This document shows positions 9,887-20,265 of a stretch of 64,000 bases of DNA, in pieces. The notes beneath the pieces are model-generated. The model saw only the letters and a program-made list of their open reading frames with translations. It had not been told where the DNA came from and did no database searches. Location: contig OY760175.1 in NCBI GenBank assembly GCA_963663165.1, positions 4,576,001-4,640,000 of the forward strand, read 5' to 3'. How positions within the stretch are numbered: the first letter of the stretch is position 1; each line of letters begins with the position of its first letter. The position numbers were made by a program, and so were the translations under genes. The stretch comes from an uncultured Desulfospira sp. Lineage in GTDB: Bacteria > Desulfobacterota > Desulfobacteria > Desulfobacterales > Desulfobacteraceae.

Positions 9887-10245
9887 TTTTCCTCCCTGGA
9901 TTTAACCTTTATTCTCCGCAATTTTATAACCGGGTACCCTTTAAAGAGCCAACACGCTTTAAAAACATTAAAAAATCGTTGCAGCCGTCAGCAAACGAAA
10001 TGTTAATCCGGGTTAACCCGCCTGTTTACGGCTGCTTCTCTTTTTACTTAAGATGCGGCGGACCGGCAATCGGCGAAACCCGGATTTCCCTGTTCAGATT
10101 TTCAGATTTTTGACTTCAGAAATTCTGAGATGTACCGGTCAGAATACGTAACCGATCCGGAAAAAATCGTTTTTTTACGTTAAAAATTCTGATATCAGCA
10201 GGGGGTTACAATGGTTGTCATGCCGGTAGTTGAAACGGGAACGGA

Positions 10246-13200
10246 TTGGGATTGAACCACAGGAGTGTGATGCGATCTGCCGAAGATGAAACAGTTATAC
10301 AGATTCACTGCGGTCCGGACTTTCAAAGTCATATGGTTCAAAGCAGCCGTTCACAGGAGCGGTTTATCCGGGTTGCCGCCGGCATTGACGGCATCCCTCT
10401 GGCGCAGATCGAAAAATTTATGTTTGTCTGCGATCAGTTCAGGCATACCCCTTGTCCCCATTTGCCGCAGCTGTTGTCTTTACAGATAAATGAAGATCCC
10501 CGGAACGGTTTTAAGAAAACAATTTTTCTCACATTTCCGGCGTCAGACGGCATCGCCCTTGAGCAGTATCTGGTGCAAACCCGGCCGGATCTTAAGCAGT
10601 CCCTGCATATGGTTGCCCAGATTTGTGAAGCCGTTAAACGTATTCATGAAACAGGGATTATTGCAGGGCCTCTACACCCTTATAACATTCACATTAAGCC
10701 GGAAACTGGGACGGTTTTTCTTTCTGACTTCGGTCCTTTTTCCATTTACAGCCACCCTGTCCGGGCCTGTGACACGGGAGGCAATGCTAAATGGAATGCG
10801 GCACTTTCTGACTCAAAAATACTGCCGTATATTTCCCCGGAGCTGACAGGCCTCACAAATCGCCTGCCTGATTTTCGTTCCGATTTTTATTCACTGGGTA
10901 TCCTGTTCTATGAGCTGCTTGTTTCTTGCCCTCCGTTTACAGGCGCAAGCCCTCAAAAAATCATCCACAGCCATATGGCAGAAACTCCCCCCAGACTTGA
11001 AAGCCCGGGCTTAGAGATCCCCGAAGTGATTTCAGATATGGTTCAAAGGCTGTTGTCCAAAGATCCTGAAGACCGGTATCAAAGTATACAGGGCATCTCG
11101 TCTGACGTTACGGCATGCCTTAACCATTTAGAACAGCAAGGCCGAATCCCTTTTTTTCCCATTGGGCAAAATGATGCCTGCAGCCGGTTCAAAATAACAG
11201 ACACCATTTACGGCAGGCAAACGGAAACCGCCTTTCTCAATGAGCTGTTTGATAAAACGTTAAAGGGCCGGTCCTCTTTTTTGCTGATCAGGGGATATTC
11301 GGGGATCGGTAAAACCACCCTGGTGCGAAAATTTGAATCTGAACTTCAAACCCGTCAGCACCCCCGGGCAGCGGTTCAATTTATTTCAGGAAAATTTGAT
11401 GTCCATAAACGGCAAAAACCTTATGGCGCATTAATTGATGCCCTGCGGGATTTAATTTTAAATATTTTAACCCGGGATGCGAAAACCATATCCGCATGGC
11501 AGGAAGAAATCACCAGTGATCCCGGGGTAAATGTCAGCCTGATCTGCGAAATGATTCCTGAAGCCCGGCTGATATTCGGCCCCCAGCCGCCCCTTCGCGC
11601 CCTTGGCCCTGAAGAATCCCTAAACCGTTTCTGGCACACCATCACCTCATTCATACGGGCGAACTGCGGTCCCGGCCGCCAGCTCATTCTCTTTTTAGAC
11701 GACCTTCAATGGGTGGACAAGGGGGCTGTCAACCTGCTGGACCGGATTTATGGTCTTGCCGTCCCCCATCTGTTTTTCATCGGTGCATTCCGTGAAAATG
11801 AGGTGGGCCGGCCCCATCCTTTATCCCCTTTGATTTCCCGCCTTGAGCAGGATCACGGGGGTGACCTGTTATCCCTTCAGGCCCTGCCTTTTCGGGATAT
11901 CACCGATCTGGTCCGGGATACGGTCAACCAGGATCAGCAGACCGCTGCCGGCCTTGCAGATCTGCTGAATAAAAAGACCGCCGGCAATCCGTATTATTTA
12001 AAAGAAGTTTTAAATGCCCTGTATGAGGATCATTTGCTTTTTTTTAATGCCGGTGATGGAAAGTGGCATTGGAATCATCAGGAACTTGCCGCCAAAGAAG
12101 TCACCGAGAACGTGGCTGATTTAACATCCATCCGGCTTGGGAAACTCAATGCACAGCTTAAAGAAATCCTGAATTTCGCCGCCTGCCTTGGCCAGGAGTT
12201 TGATCTTTTAGTTCTGTCGACGGCCCTTGATCAGCCGTCTGAAAAAATTCTTCCGGGCATCCTGGAACTTGTACAAAAGAATATTCTCACTGAACAGCCG
12301 GCTAAAGAATCCCGCAGCCGGTACCGGTTTGCCCATGACCGGATTCATCATGCCGCCTACCGTCTCATATCCGTTCCGGAAAGGGAACAGCGCCATTTAA
12401 CCATTGCCCGAAAATGGTACAAAAAAATTAACCCTAAGGAACCGGGCCGGTATATTTTTGAAATAACCACCCATTATAATTACGGCAGGGGGCTGGTGGA
12501 TGATCAAGCCGAAGGACAGATCCTGGTAAAATTAAATCATCTGGCGGCTCAAAAAGCAAAAGCTGAAACCGCATTTGAAAGCCAGTTTCATTACCTGAAC
12601 ATCTGCCTGGAGTTTCTGGAAAAAGATTGCTGGGCAACACAGTATGAACGGGCGCTTTCCTTATATTCAGATGCTGTTGAGGCAGCTTATCTGTGTGGTC
12701 TTTATCCGGAAATGGACCATCTGCTGCAGGTTGTTTTTCACCATGCCAGAAACGACATGGATACGGCAGCTGTAAGAAACACTCAAATTCTGGCTTTTAA
12801 AGCCCGGGACAGGCTTAAGGACGCAATCCGGACCGGGCTTGATACGCTAAAAAAAATGGGGGTTGATTTCCCCCAAAAACCTGCCCGGCATCATGTCCTC
12901 ATTTCCCTTGTAAAAACCTGGCTTGCACTGGCCCGCCACCGGACAGAACATTTCATGGATGTTCAGGTGTTGAGTGATCAAAAAATATCGGTTATCCAGA
13001 AAACATTGTCCGTGCTTGCGTCATCGGCCTATTTTGTATCGCCGGAATTAGGCCTTTTAGTTGCTTTTAAACAGCTGCGCCTCAACCGGTTGCACGGCTT
13101 GACCCAGGACACCCCTGCGACTTTGGCCGGATACGCCGGGGTTGTGCTCAGCGGCATTCTGGAAAATCCGGAAAAAGGATATCAGTTCGGACGGACCGCA

Positions 13201-15429
13201 CTTGCCTTGACGGAAAAGCTCAATGCCCATGAACAAAAGGCAAAAGTGGATGTCATTATTTATGGATTTATCAACCACTGGAAAAGTCATGTTAAGAATG
13301 GTTTTAAGCCGTTGAACCAGGCTTATCGGGCCGGTATTGAAACCGGGGATTTCGAATTTGCCGCCATTGCAAAATACGTCAGGGGCTACCATAGGATTTT
13401 TGCCGGTGAAAATCTTGTGGAACTTGAAAAAGAATTTGCCGAAAATCATTCCATCATCAGGGATCTCAGGCAGATCACCACTTTAAAATACAATGATATC
13501 TATTGGCAGTTTGTCCGCAATCTCATGGGGCGTTGTGATAATCCCATTTTTTTGGAAGGCAGCGCTTATTGTGAAACAGACCGGGAAAAAGCGGTTTGTG
13601 AATTGGACGACCAGAACGGTGCTGCGGTTTATTATCATACCAAGATGATTCTTACCTGCCTTTTTTATGAGAATGAGCAGGCGGTTCAATATCTTGAAAA
13701 ATCAGAGACTGTTTTTGGAAGTGCTGTTGCGACACTGGGTGTGCCCTTGTTGCATTTTTACGGTGCCCTGGCCTGTTTGAGGATATCTGCCGGGGCAGTG
13801 CCGGCGACAGACCGGTCGGAGAACCTGCCGTCAAACAGACAGCTGCGGGAAAAAGCAGGCAGATTTATTAAAAAACTCAAAAAATGGGCCCGTCATGCGC
13901 CCATGAACCATGAGCATAAATATTTGCTGGTAAAGGCCGAACAGGCCCGGATATTAAAAGATGAAAAAAAGGCTGCCATGCTGTATGAAAGGGCCATCGC
14001 CCTGGCAAAAAAACACGGGTACATCAACGAAGAGGCCCTGGCATGGGAACTTTGCGGGGCTTTCTATCATGCCCAGAACCTTCAGGTTCCAGCACGGGTT
14101 TACCTTTCAAAGGCCGTGAACTGCTACCGCCAATGGGGGGCACTGGCAAAAGTTGGCCATTTGAAATCCGTGTATCCGTTTTTGAGCCATCCAACGTTTG
14201 CTGATGATGATACGGCTCCCCTGCCATTGAAACCGTCCGGGCCGGTTGACGTTTCTGCCATTATCAAGGCTTCGGAAGCGATCTTTGGGGAAGTTGTGAT
14301 TCAGCGCCTCATGGAAAAATTAATGGATATTGTCTTTAAAGATGCAGGGGTGAGAAAGGCCGGGCTGGTCCTGGACAACGGGAAGGACTGGATGGTGTCC
14401 GGCCTTGTATCCCTGGATGATTTGCCGTTGTTTTCCCCTGTTCCCCTGTCCCAAAGCCGGGAAGTTCCGGTCAGGATTATCCGGTCGGTACTCAGGACCG
14501 GGAAAAACCTGATGTTTCATCATGCCGGAAAAGAAAAAGCCTTTACACATGACCGTTATTTTCTTGAAAACACGCCGTTATCCGTTCTGGCAATTCCTGT
14601 CCGCCACCAGGGCGTTACCAGCGGTGTTCTCTATCTGGAAAATAACCTGTCTGCCGGTGTGTTTTCGTTAAAGTCCGTGAACGTCCTGGAGACGGTGGCC
14701 AAGATTCTGGCCAACGCCTGGGCCGCAAATAAGGCTGAAAAAGAGATCCTGGCTTATCAGGACCGGCTGCGAGACCTTTCCTCCAGGCTTTTGCTCAGTG
14801 AAGAGCAGGAGCGGCGCAAACTTGCCGTTGCCCTGCATGACCGGATCGGCCATGGCCTGAGCCACGCATTGATGATGCTGGAAAGACTGGGCCAAAAGGC
14901 TGGCCCGGATTCAACCCGGGGGCTTGCTGAAATTCGCGGGATTCTCAAGCGGTCTGTTGAAGACACCCGTTATTTGACATTTGCGTTAAGCCCTCCGGTC
15001 CTTTATGATCTGGGGTTGCCGGCGGCCCTTGACTGGCTGGCCGAACAAACATATAAGACCCATAAGATAAAAGTCAGTTTTTACGATGCCGGACCAGTCC
15101 GGAACGGACCGGTCCGGCAATTGGATGAAAAAATGAGTATTTTAATATTTCAGTGTGTGCGCGAACTTTTGTCCAATGTTGTAAAACACGCTCAGGCAAA
15201 GGAAGCCGCCTTATCCACAGGCTCAAATGAGGCAGAGTTCTGGGTAACGGTTGAAGACCAGGGAAGTGGCTTCGACCCTGATAAAATCGGGTCTGCCGGC
15301 ACCGGAAAAAATGGACTGGGCCTGTTTTCGATCCAGGAAAGGCTGGGCTGCCAGGGCGGATACATGGATGTGGATGCGGCACCGGGAAAGGGTTGCCGGG
15401 TCACGTTGGTGGTGCCGGCAGGGCCGTAG
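10246..15429 (+). CDS. Multidomain Ser/Thr-kinase-like / P-loop ATPase / TPR-like / GAF / HisKA_3 histidine kinase
   Basis: DFG, YISPE, SDFYSLG kinase motifs; GYSGIGKT and FLDDLQW; GVLYLENN GAF; ERRKLAVALHD, NVVKHA, EDQGSGF, GLGLF; start may be 10270. Confidence 0.92.
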   Translation: MGLNHRSVMRSAEDETVIQIHCGPDFQSHMVQSSRSQERFIRVAAGIDGIPLAQIEKFMFVCDQFRHTPCPHLPQLLSLQINEDPRNGFKKTIFLTFPASDGIALEQYLVQTRPDLKQSLHMVAQICEAVKRIHETGIIAGPLHPYNIHIKPETGTVFLSDFGPFSIYSHPVRACDTGGNAKWNAALSDSKILPYISPELTGLTNRLPDFRSDFYSLGILFYELLVSCPPFTGASPQKIIHSHMAETPPRLESPGLEIPEVISDMVQRLLSKDPEDRYQSIQGISSDVTACLNHLEQQGRIPFFPIGQNDACSRFKITDTIYGRQTETAFLNELFDKTLKGRSSFLLIRGYSGIGKTTLVRKFESELQTRQHPRAAVQFISGKFDVHKRQKPYGALIDALRDLILNILTRDAKTISAWQEEITSDPGVNVSLICEMIPEARLIFGPQPPLRALGPEESLNRFWHTITSFIRANCGPGRQLILFLDDLQWVDKGAVNLLDRIYGLAVPHLFFIGAFRENEVGRPHPLSPLISRLEQDHGGDLLSLQALPFRDITDLVRDTVNQDQQTAAGLADLLNKKTAGNPYYLKEVLNALYEDHLLFFNAGDGKWHWNHQELAAKEVTENVADLTSIRLGKLNAQLKEILNFAACLGQEFDLLVLSTALDQPSEKILPGILELVQKNILTEQPAKESRSRYRFAHDRIHHAAYRLISVPEREQRHLTIARKWYKKINPKEPGRYIFEITTHYNYGRGLVDDQAEGQILVKLNHLAAQKAKAETAFESQFHYLNICLEFLEKDCWATQYERALSLYSDAVEAAYLCGLYPEMDHLLQVVFHHARNDMDTAAVRNTQILAFKARDRLKDAIRTGLDTLKKMGVDFPQKPARHHVLISLVKTWLALARHRTEHFMDVQVLSDQKISVIQKTLSVLASSAYFVSPELGLLVAFKQLRLNRLHGLTQDTPATLAGYAGVVLSGILENPEKGYQFGRTALALTEKLNAHEQKAKVDVIIYGFINHWKSHVKNGFKPLNQAYRAGIETGDFEFAAIAKYVRGYHRIFAGENLVELEKEFAENHSIIRDLRQITTLKYNDIYWQFVRNLMGRCDNPIFLEGSAYCETDREKAVCELDDQNGAAVYYHTKMILTCLFYENEQAVQYLEKSETVFGSAVATLGVPLLHFYGALACLRISAGAVPATDRSENLPSNRQLREKAGRFIKKLKKWARHAPMNHEHKYLLVKAEQARILKDEKKAAMLYERAIALAKKHGYINEEALAWELCGAFYHAQNLQVPARVYLSKAVNCYRQWGALAKVGHLKSVYPFLSHPTFADDDTAPLPLKPSGPVDVSAIIKASEAIFGEVVIQRLMEKLMDIVFKDAGVRKAGLVLDNGKDWMVSGLVSLDDLPLFSPVPLSQSREVPVRIIRSVLRTGKNLMFHHAGKEKAFTHDRYFLENTPLSVLAIPVRHQGVTSGVLYLENNLSAGVFSLKSVNVLETVAKILANAWAANKAEKEILAYQDRLRDLSSRLLLSEEQERRKLAVALHDRIGHGLSHALMMLERLGQKAGPDSTRGLAEIRGILKRSVEDTRYLTFALSPPVLYDLGLPAALDWLAEQTYKTHKIKVSFYDAGPVRNGPVRQLDEKMSILIFQCVRELLSNVVKHAQAKEAALSTGSNEAEFWVTVEDQGSGFDPDKIGSAGTGKNGLGLFSIQERLGCQGGYMDVDAAPGKGCRVTLVVPAGP

Positions 15430-15462
15430 CGGCACACTGTTTTTAAGCAAAGGGACATATGC

Positions 15463-16116
15463 ATGAGTATCCGGATTATGATAGCTGATGACCATAAGGT
15501 GACCCGGGAGGGAATTAAGGCTTTGATCCGAAAAGAGCCGGACATGGAAGTCATCTGTGAGGCCGGAGACGGGCAGGAGGCCATTGCCATGGCTGAAGAC
15601 CAGTCTCCCCAAATTATTGTAATGGATATCAGCATGCCGGGGTTGAACGGTATTGACGCGGCCCGGCAGATCAAATCAAAATGGCCCCGGATAAAAATAA
15701 TTGCGTTATCCATGTACTCTGAACGCAGGTATGTTGCCGGCATGCTCGAAGCCGGGGTGTCCGGATATCTGTTGAAAGATGGTTCAGTTAATGAAATTAT
15801 AGACGCCCTTAGGGCCGTTATCCGCGGTAAACCCTACTTAAGCCCGGACGTTGCGAAAGTGGTTTTCATGGATTACGTTCAGGGCAGGCCCATCAGCGAA
15901 ACTTCCACCGTGTCGGTTTTAACGAAAAGAGAACGCGAAATTCTCCAGTTAATTGCAGAAGGATTCTCTTCAATCCAGATTGCATCCAGACTCCATGTTT
16001 CTGAAAAAACCGTATCCACCCACCGGCGCAAAATAATGGAAAAATTAAGCATTTTTAATGTCGCAGGGTTGACCAAATATGCCGTAAGAGAAGGGTTGAC
16101 CTCACTTGAAACATGA
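15463..16116 (+). CDS. NarL/FixJ-family response regulator (REC + LuxR HTH)
   Basis: IADDH, MDISMP, YLLK, LTKREREILQLIAEG..TVSTHRRKIMEKL. Confidence 0.95.
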   Translation: MSIRIMIADDHKVTREGIKALIRKEPDMEVICEAGDGQEAIAMAEDQSPQIIVMDISMPGLNGIDAARQIKSKWPRIKIIALSMYSERRYVAGMLEAGVSGYLLKDGSVNEIIDALRAVIRGKPYLSPDVAKVVFMDYVQGRPISETSTVSVLTKREREILQLIAEGFSSIQIASRLHVSEKTVSTHRRKIMEKLSIFNVAGLTKYAVREGLTSLET

Positions 16117-16159
16117 TGCCGACAGGGGCCAACACCGTACATCGCCAAGGTTAGGAAAA

Positions 16160-17698
16160 GTGGAAACCCCGGTTAATACGGAGTACGGGGAATTTTTGGC
16201 TCAAGCTGAAAGAGCAAAAATTAAAGGTGATGAATATGCAGCCATAAAGTATTATGACCTTGCCGTGACCCATGCCGGGAAAAATAAAGCTTTAAAGGAA
16301 AAAGCGCTGGCCTGTGAGCTGGCCGGCAAATTTTTTCATGAAACCGGCCGCTCCCATGTGGCCGGGGAGTATTTCATAATGGCCCGCAGAGGATACCAAA
16401 AATGCGGGGCACCTGACAGGGCCGCATACCTGTCTGACCATTATCCCCAATATGTCACTTTGCCGGATTCCCATACCTTGCCGGGTGAGGGAAAGCCGGA
16501 TAAGGGCCATCAGGATATGGACCTTGCCGTTTTGATAAATGCGGCCCAGACCATATCCGGGGAGGCGGTCATCAGCCGCCTGATGGATAAACTCATGTCG
16601 GTTGTCCTTGAAAATGCCGGTGCACAAAAAGGATACCTGATTTTAAACAACGGCGGCCAATGGATGGCTGAGGCCAGGGTCGGTATGCCGTCCCTTAAGG
16701 ATTTTGTTCCGGTGCCGCTGGCTGAGGTTAAAGACCTTTCTTCAGGCATGGTCCGGTATGTAAGGCGTACGGGAGAAGATCTGGTGCTGGCCAATGCATT
16801 CAAGGACAGGAGAATGGCGGGCGATTCCTATATCCGGTCTGAAAACCTGAAGTCGGCCCTGTGTCTTCCCATCCGGCACCAGGGGACAGTGACCGGGGTT
16901 TTGTATCTGGAAAACAACCGGTTAGAGGGGGTTTTTACTCCGGAACGGGTGGGTGTTTTTAAAACAGTGGCCAAAATTCTGGCCAATGCCTGGGCACGGA
17001 ATCAGGCCCAAAAGGAAGTCCTGGCTTATCAGGATCAGCTCAGGTCGTTGTCTTCAAAGCTTCTCCTGGTTGAAAAAAGAGAGCGCCGGCAACTGGCACA
17101 GGCGTTACAAGATCAAGTAGGGAAGGCGTTGAGCCGTTCCATAATGAAATTTGAAAAGCTTAAGCAAGACCATAAGCTGGCCCAATGGGATGAATTTACA
17201 GGCATCCGTCAGGTGCTTCATCAGACCATTGAAGATGTCCGGACATTGACATTTGAACTGAGCCCTCCGGTTCTGTATGACCTCGGGCTGTCCGCCGCCC
17301 TGGACTGGCTTGCTGATCAGACCGTTAAAATCCATCAAGTGGATGTGAGATTTTTTGACCGGGGGCTGTGCCGTTCCATAGAAGAAAACCTCCGGGTTTT
17401 GATGTTTCAGTCCGTTCGTGAGCTGATGTTTAATATGGTGAAACATGCCGGGGCAAAGACAGCCCGGTTGACGGCAGGTATGGAAGGAGACGATTTATGG
17501 GTTGTCCTGGAAGACGATGGAACCGGCTTTGATCCGGATCAAATCAATCCTCAGGACGGTAATGAGGGAGGCTTTGGCCTGTTCTCCATTCAGGAGCGGC
17601 TCCGCAGCCATGGCGGCCATATGGATATAACCACTTCACCGGGAAAGGGTACCCATATTAAGCTGGTGTTGCCGGCAACCGCACCACAGGCGTTTTAA
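16160..17698 (+). CDS. TPR-GAF-HisKA_3-HATPase protein, paralogue of the C-terminus of 10246-15429, phospho-His replaced by Gln
   Basis: Colinear similarity (ALACELAG, GVLYLENN, VAKILANAWA, LSPPVLYDLGL); ERRQLAQALQD instead of ALHD; GTG 16160 chosen, track start 16106. Confidence 0.88.
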   Translation: METPVNTEYGEFLAQAERAKIKGDEYAAIKYYDLAVTHAGKNKALKEKALACELAGKFFHETGRSHVAGEYFIMARRGYQKCGAPDRAAYLSDHYPQYVTLPDSHTLPGEGKPDKGHQDMDLAVLINAAQTISGEAVISRLMDKLMSVVLENAGAQKGYLILNNGGQWMAEARVGMPSLKDFVPVPLAEVKDLSSGMVRYVRRTGEDLVLANAFKDRRMAGDSYIRSENLKSALCLPIRHQGTVTGVLYLENNRLEGVFTPERVGVFKTVAKILANAWARNQAQKEVLAYQDQLRSLSSKLLLVEKRERRQLAQALQDQVGKALSRSIMKFEKLKQDHKLAQWDEFTGIRQVLHQTIEDVRTLTFELSPPVLYDLGLSAALDWLADQTVKIHQVDVRFFDRGLCRSIEENLRVLMFQSVRELMFNMVKHAGAKTARLTAGMEGDDLWVVLEDDGTGFDPDQINPQDGNEGGFGLFSIQERLRSHGGHMDITTSPGKGTHIKLVLPATAPQAF

Positions 17699-17706
17699 AA
17701 CAACAA

Positions 17707-19038
17707 TCAGATCTGCTTTTTTTCTTTGGCCATTTCAATCACAGGCAAATCCGGGAAAGGGCCTCCCGGGACCATGTTGAGAAGTTTTTGGGGCATGCTC
17801 CGGTAAAGAAGCCGCACGCTTATAAGGGCACCTTTTTCCAGGGCCTTTGGCAGGTCAAGGGTAATGTTCCGGGTTTCTTTTGCCTTGATCCGGTTGTCGC
17901 TGAGGACCTGCCGGGCCTTGGCAATGTTGATCACTTCATTTCCCTTCCCGTCCCCAAAGGTGGTTTTAAAGATCAGGGCGTCGTCGGGAAGTTCCTGTTT
18001 TTCGTTTAACATGCCGGACTGGTATAGGATCTGACCGGCCTTGTCGGTGATGCTGATTTCAAGCCAGACCTGGCGAAGGTCTCCCACGCCCGTGGGAATC
18101 GAATGGCCGGCCCCGGAGTTGGTAATGGAAATGGTTAATTCTTTCTGGCCGGCCAGGGGCGTGTCCACAGAAAGGCGGGCTGCGTTTTCCAGCCTTTCTC
18201 TGGCCATGGCGGCCTTTTCTTGAGAGCCGAAGGCCTTTGGGACCCCGGCATTGGCACCCACAAAATAATGGGTGAAAATATGGGGCCGTTCATCGGAATA
18301 GTCGGTTGCCGCCCCCGGGTTTTCAGGTCTTTCGGTGGAGCCGGTGGCCGGGATTCCGGGCCTTTGAAACATGTGGCAGCCCTGGCAGGTGACTCTTTTT
18401 TCGGGGTCTGCGGTGTTATAAGGGCTTTGTTCCCATTCGGTATAAGTGGTCTCAAGGTCGGTGCCAAAGGCCACATGTTTAACATTATGGCAGGTTCCGC
18501 AGATCCGGGATTCCGTGTGGAGTTTTGAGAACGCGGCCTCGTGAAAATCGGGCTGGGCATCATCAAAGGGGCCGTGTTTTATCCCGGGGGCATCTTCCCC
18601 GTGGCCGGGTTCGAGCACAAGGCCGTTGTTGTACATTTGGCTGATGTTGACGGCCGCATGGCAATAGTCGCATTGGATCCCCTGGGTGGCAATCTCCGGG
18701 GTTTTGGACAGGTCATCGGAAAGCTTTTCAGGGAACCCGGTGACAACCCCTACCGGGGTGTGGCATTTGACGCAGGCTTCAGCCTCTTTGATTTCTCCTT
18801 CATGGGTTAAACCCTTTCGGAGAAAGAGGGCCACTCTTGAATAGACCGGATCTTTATGGGACAGGTTGTGCAAGGAATTTTCCCACTGGCTGAAGATACT
18901 GCCGTGGCAGTCCGCACAGGTGGCGGCAGGGATAAACCGCTTAAGCTCGAATTGTTCCTTGGCCCGGAGGCCTGCAGCCGGAAGGGTGATCAGGATAGTA
19001 ACGGTAAATATAATTTTTAATAAATGGGCTGTTTTCAT
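17707..19038 (-). CDS. Periplasmic multiheme (5 CxxCH) c-type cytochrome
   Basis: Signal peptide; CADCH, CVKCH, CDYCH, CGTCH, CQGCH; NSGAGHSIPTG C-terminal domain. Confidence 0.9.
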   Translation of the reverse strand: MKTAHLLKIIFTVTILITLPAAGLRAKEQFELKRFIPAATCADCHGSIFSQWENSLHNLSHKDPVYSRVALFLRKGLTHEGEIKEAEACVKCHTPVGVVTGFPEKLSDDLSKTPEIATQGIQCDYCHAAVNISQMYNNGLVLEPGHGEDAPGIKHGPFDDAQPDFHEAAFSKLHTESRICGTCHNVKHVAFGTDLETTYTEWEQSPYNTADPEKRVTCQGCHMFQRPGIPATGSTERPENPGAATDYSDERPHIFTHYFVGANAGVPKAFGSQEKAAMARERLENAARLSVDTPLAGQKELTISITNSGAGHSIPTGVGDLRQVWLEISITDKAGQILYQSGMLNEKQELPDDALIFKTTFGDGKGNEVINIAKARQVLSDNRIKAKETRNITLDLPKALEKGALISVRLLYRSMPQKLLNMVPGGPFPDLPVIEMAKEKKQI

Positions 19039-19419
19039 AAATATCCTTAAAATGGCTGTTGGCATTAACGGTCCAGGTCTCATCCCTGATGTTTACAAAT
19101 ATACGCGGGTTTTTTTCATGTCAACCATTTCATTCGGATTCAGGGTAACCGCATTTATAATCCGGCATGATTTTTGGCCATCAGTAGTAAATATAATGTA
19201 AAAACTTTAGGGGATTAGGCTGAAGGCTGAAGGGGTTTAGGGTTGCGAATTCCTAATGATGGTGCATCCCTTCAGCCTAAACCCCTAAACTCAATTGGAG
19301 ATTAAAAGTATCATTATAAACACGGTTTCCCTATGTCCGGATTTGATTTGTCTTGAATAAAGTTTCGCTTTGCGGTAAGGCTTGAAAATAGCGCTAACCT
19401 AAATTCTTAAGGATAAAAA

Positions 19420-20214
19420 ATGAATATCAACTCTCACCTTCTCGGGGATCATTTAAAACACTTGGGAATTATCACGGATCAGCAGTTGGCAGAGGCCTTG
19501 AAAATACAAGAGGACCTTTTAAAAGGGGCGGCCATGGAATCCGGGGTAAGCCCCAGCGAACTGGTGACCCGGACCAGGGGAAAGGACCGGGAGGTTCCCC
19601 TGCTCGGCCAGATCCTCCTGGAGAAAAACTATATTACCCAGGATATCCTGTCGCCGGTTCTGGCCATGCAAAATCGCCAGGTCAGGGAATTGAGGATGCT
19701 GAGCAGTGAAAAACTCTCCCTGGTCATTCAGATCGGGTTTCTGATCAACTCCACCCACAGCCTGGTAGAGGTTTTGTCATTGATCATGAAATATGCCAAT
19801 ATCGTGACCAGTGCCGAGGCCAGCACCCTGATGCTGATAGATGAGACCACAGGAGAACTGGTGTTCAGTGTCCCCACAGGGCCTGAAGCCGACAAACTCA
19901 AGGACGTCAGGATTCCCAAGGGGGCCGGTGTGGCCGGCTGGGTGGCCCAGAATCAGCAGCATGTCATTGTGGCCGATGCTGAAAAAGATTCCCGGTTCTT
20001 TTCCGATGTGGACAGTATGACCGGTGCACAGACCAAATCCATTCTCTGTGTCCCCTTAAGGTCCAAAAGAAAAATCATCGGGGTCCTGGAGGTGATGAAC
20101 AAGGAAAACGATGAGGTGTTTACAGAGGATGACGCCCTGCTGCTGAACCTGTTCTCCCATCAGGCCGCCATTGCCATTGAAAATGCCATGTTGTTTAGCG
20201 GCCGCCGTAAATAG
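19420..20214 (+). CDS. GAF domain protein with two N-terminal MshEN/GspE-N-like motifs
   Basis: LLGDHL..LGIIT..QL.EAL..Q and LLGQILLEKNYIT...L..VL.MQ; GAF GVAGWVA..SILCVPL..AAIAIENA; no output domain. Confidence 0.8.
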   Translation: MNINSHLLGDHLKHLGIITDQQLAEALKIQEDLLKGAAMESGVSPSELVTRTRGKDREVPLLGQILLEKNYITQDILSPVLAMQNRQVRELRMLSSEKLSLVIQIGFLINSTHSLVEVLSLIMKYANIVTSAEASTLMLIDETTGELVFSVPTGPEADKLKDVRIPKGAGVAGWVAQNQQHVIVADAEKDSRFFSDVDSMTGAQTKSILCVPLRSKRKIIGVLEVMNKENDEVFTEDDALLLNLFSHQAAIAIENAMLFSGRRK

Positions 20215-20265
20215 AGGACTTTTGAGGGGGTTTTTAAAGGGTTGAGTTGTTGGAAAACCCCAGGG

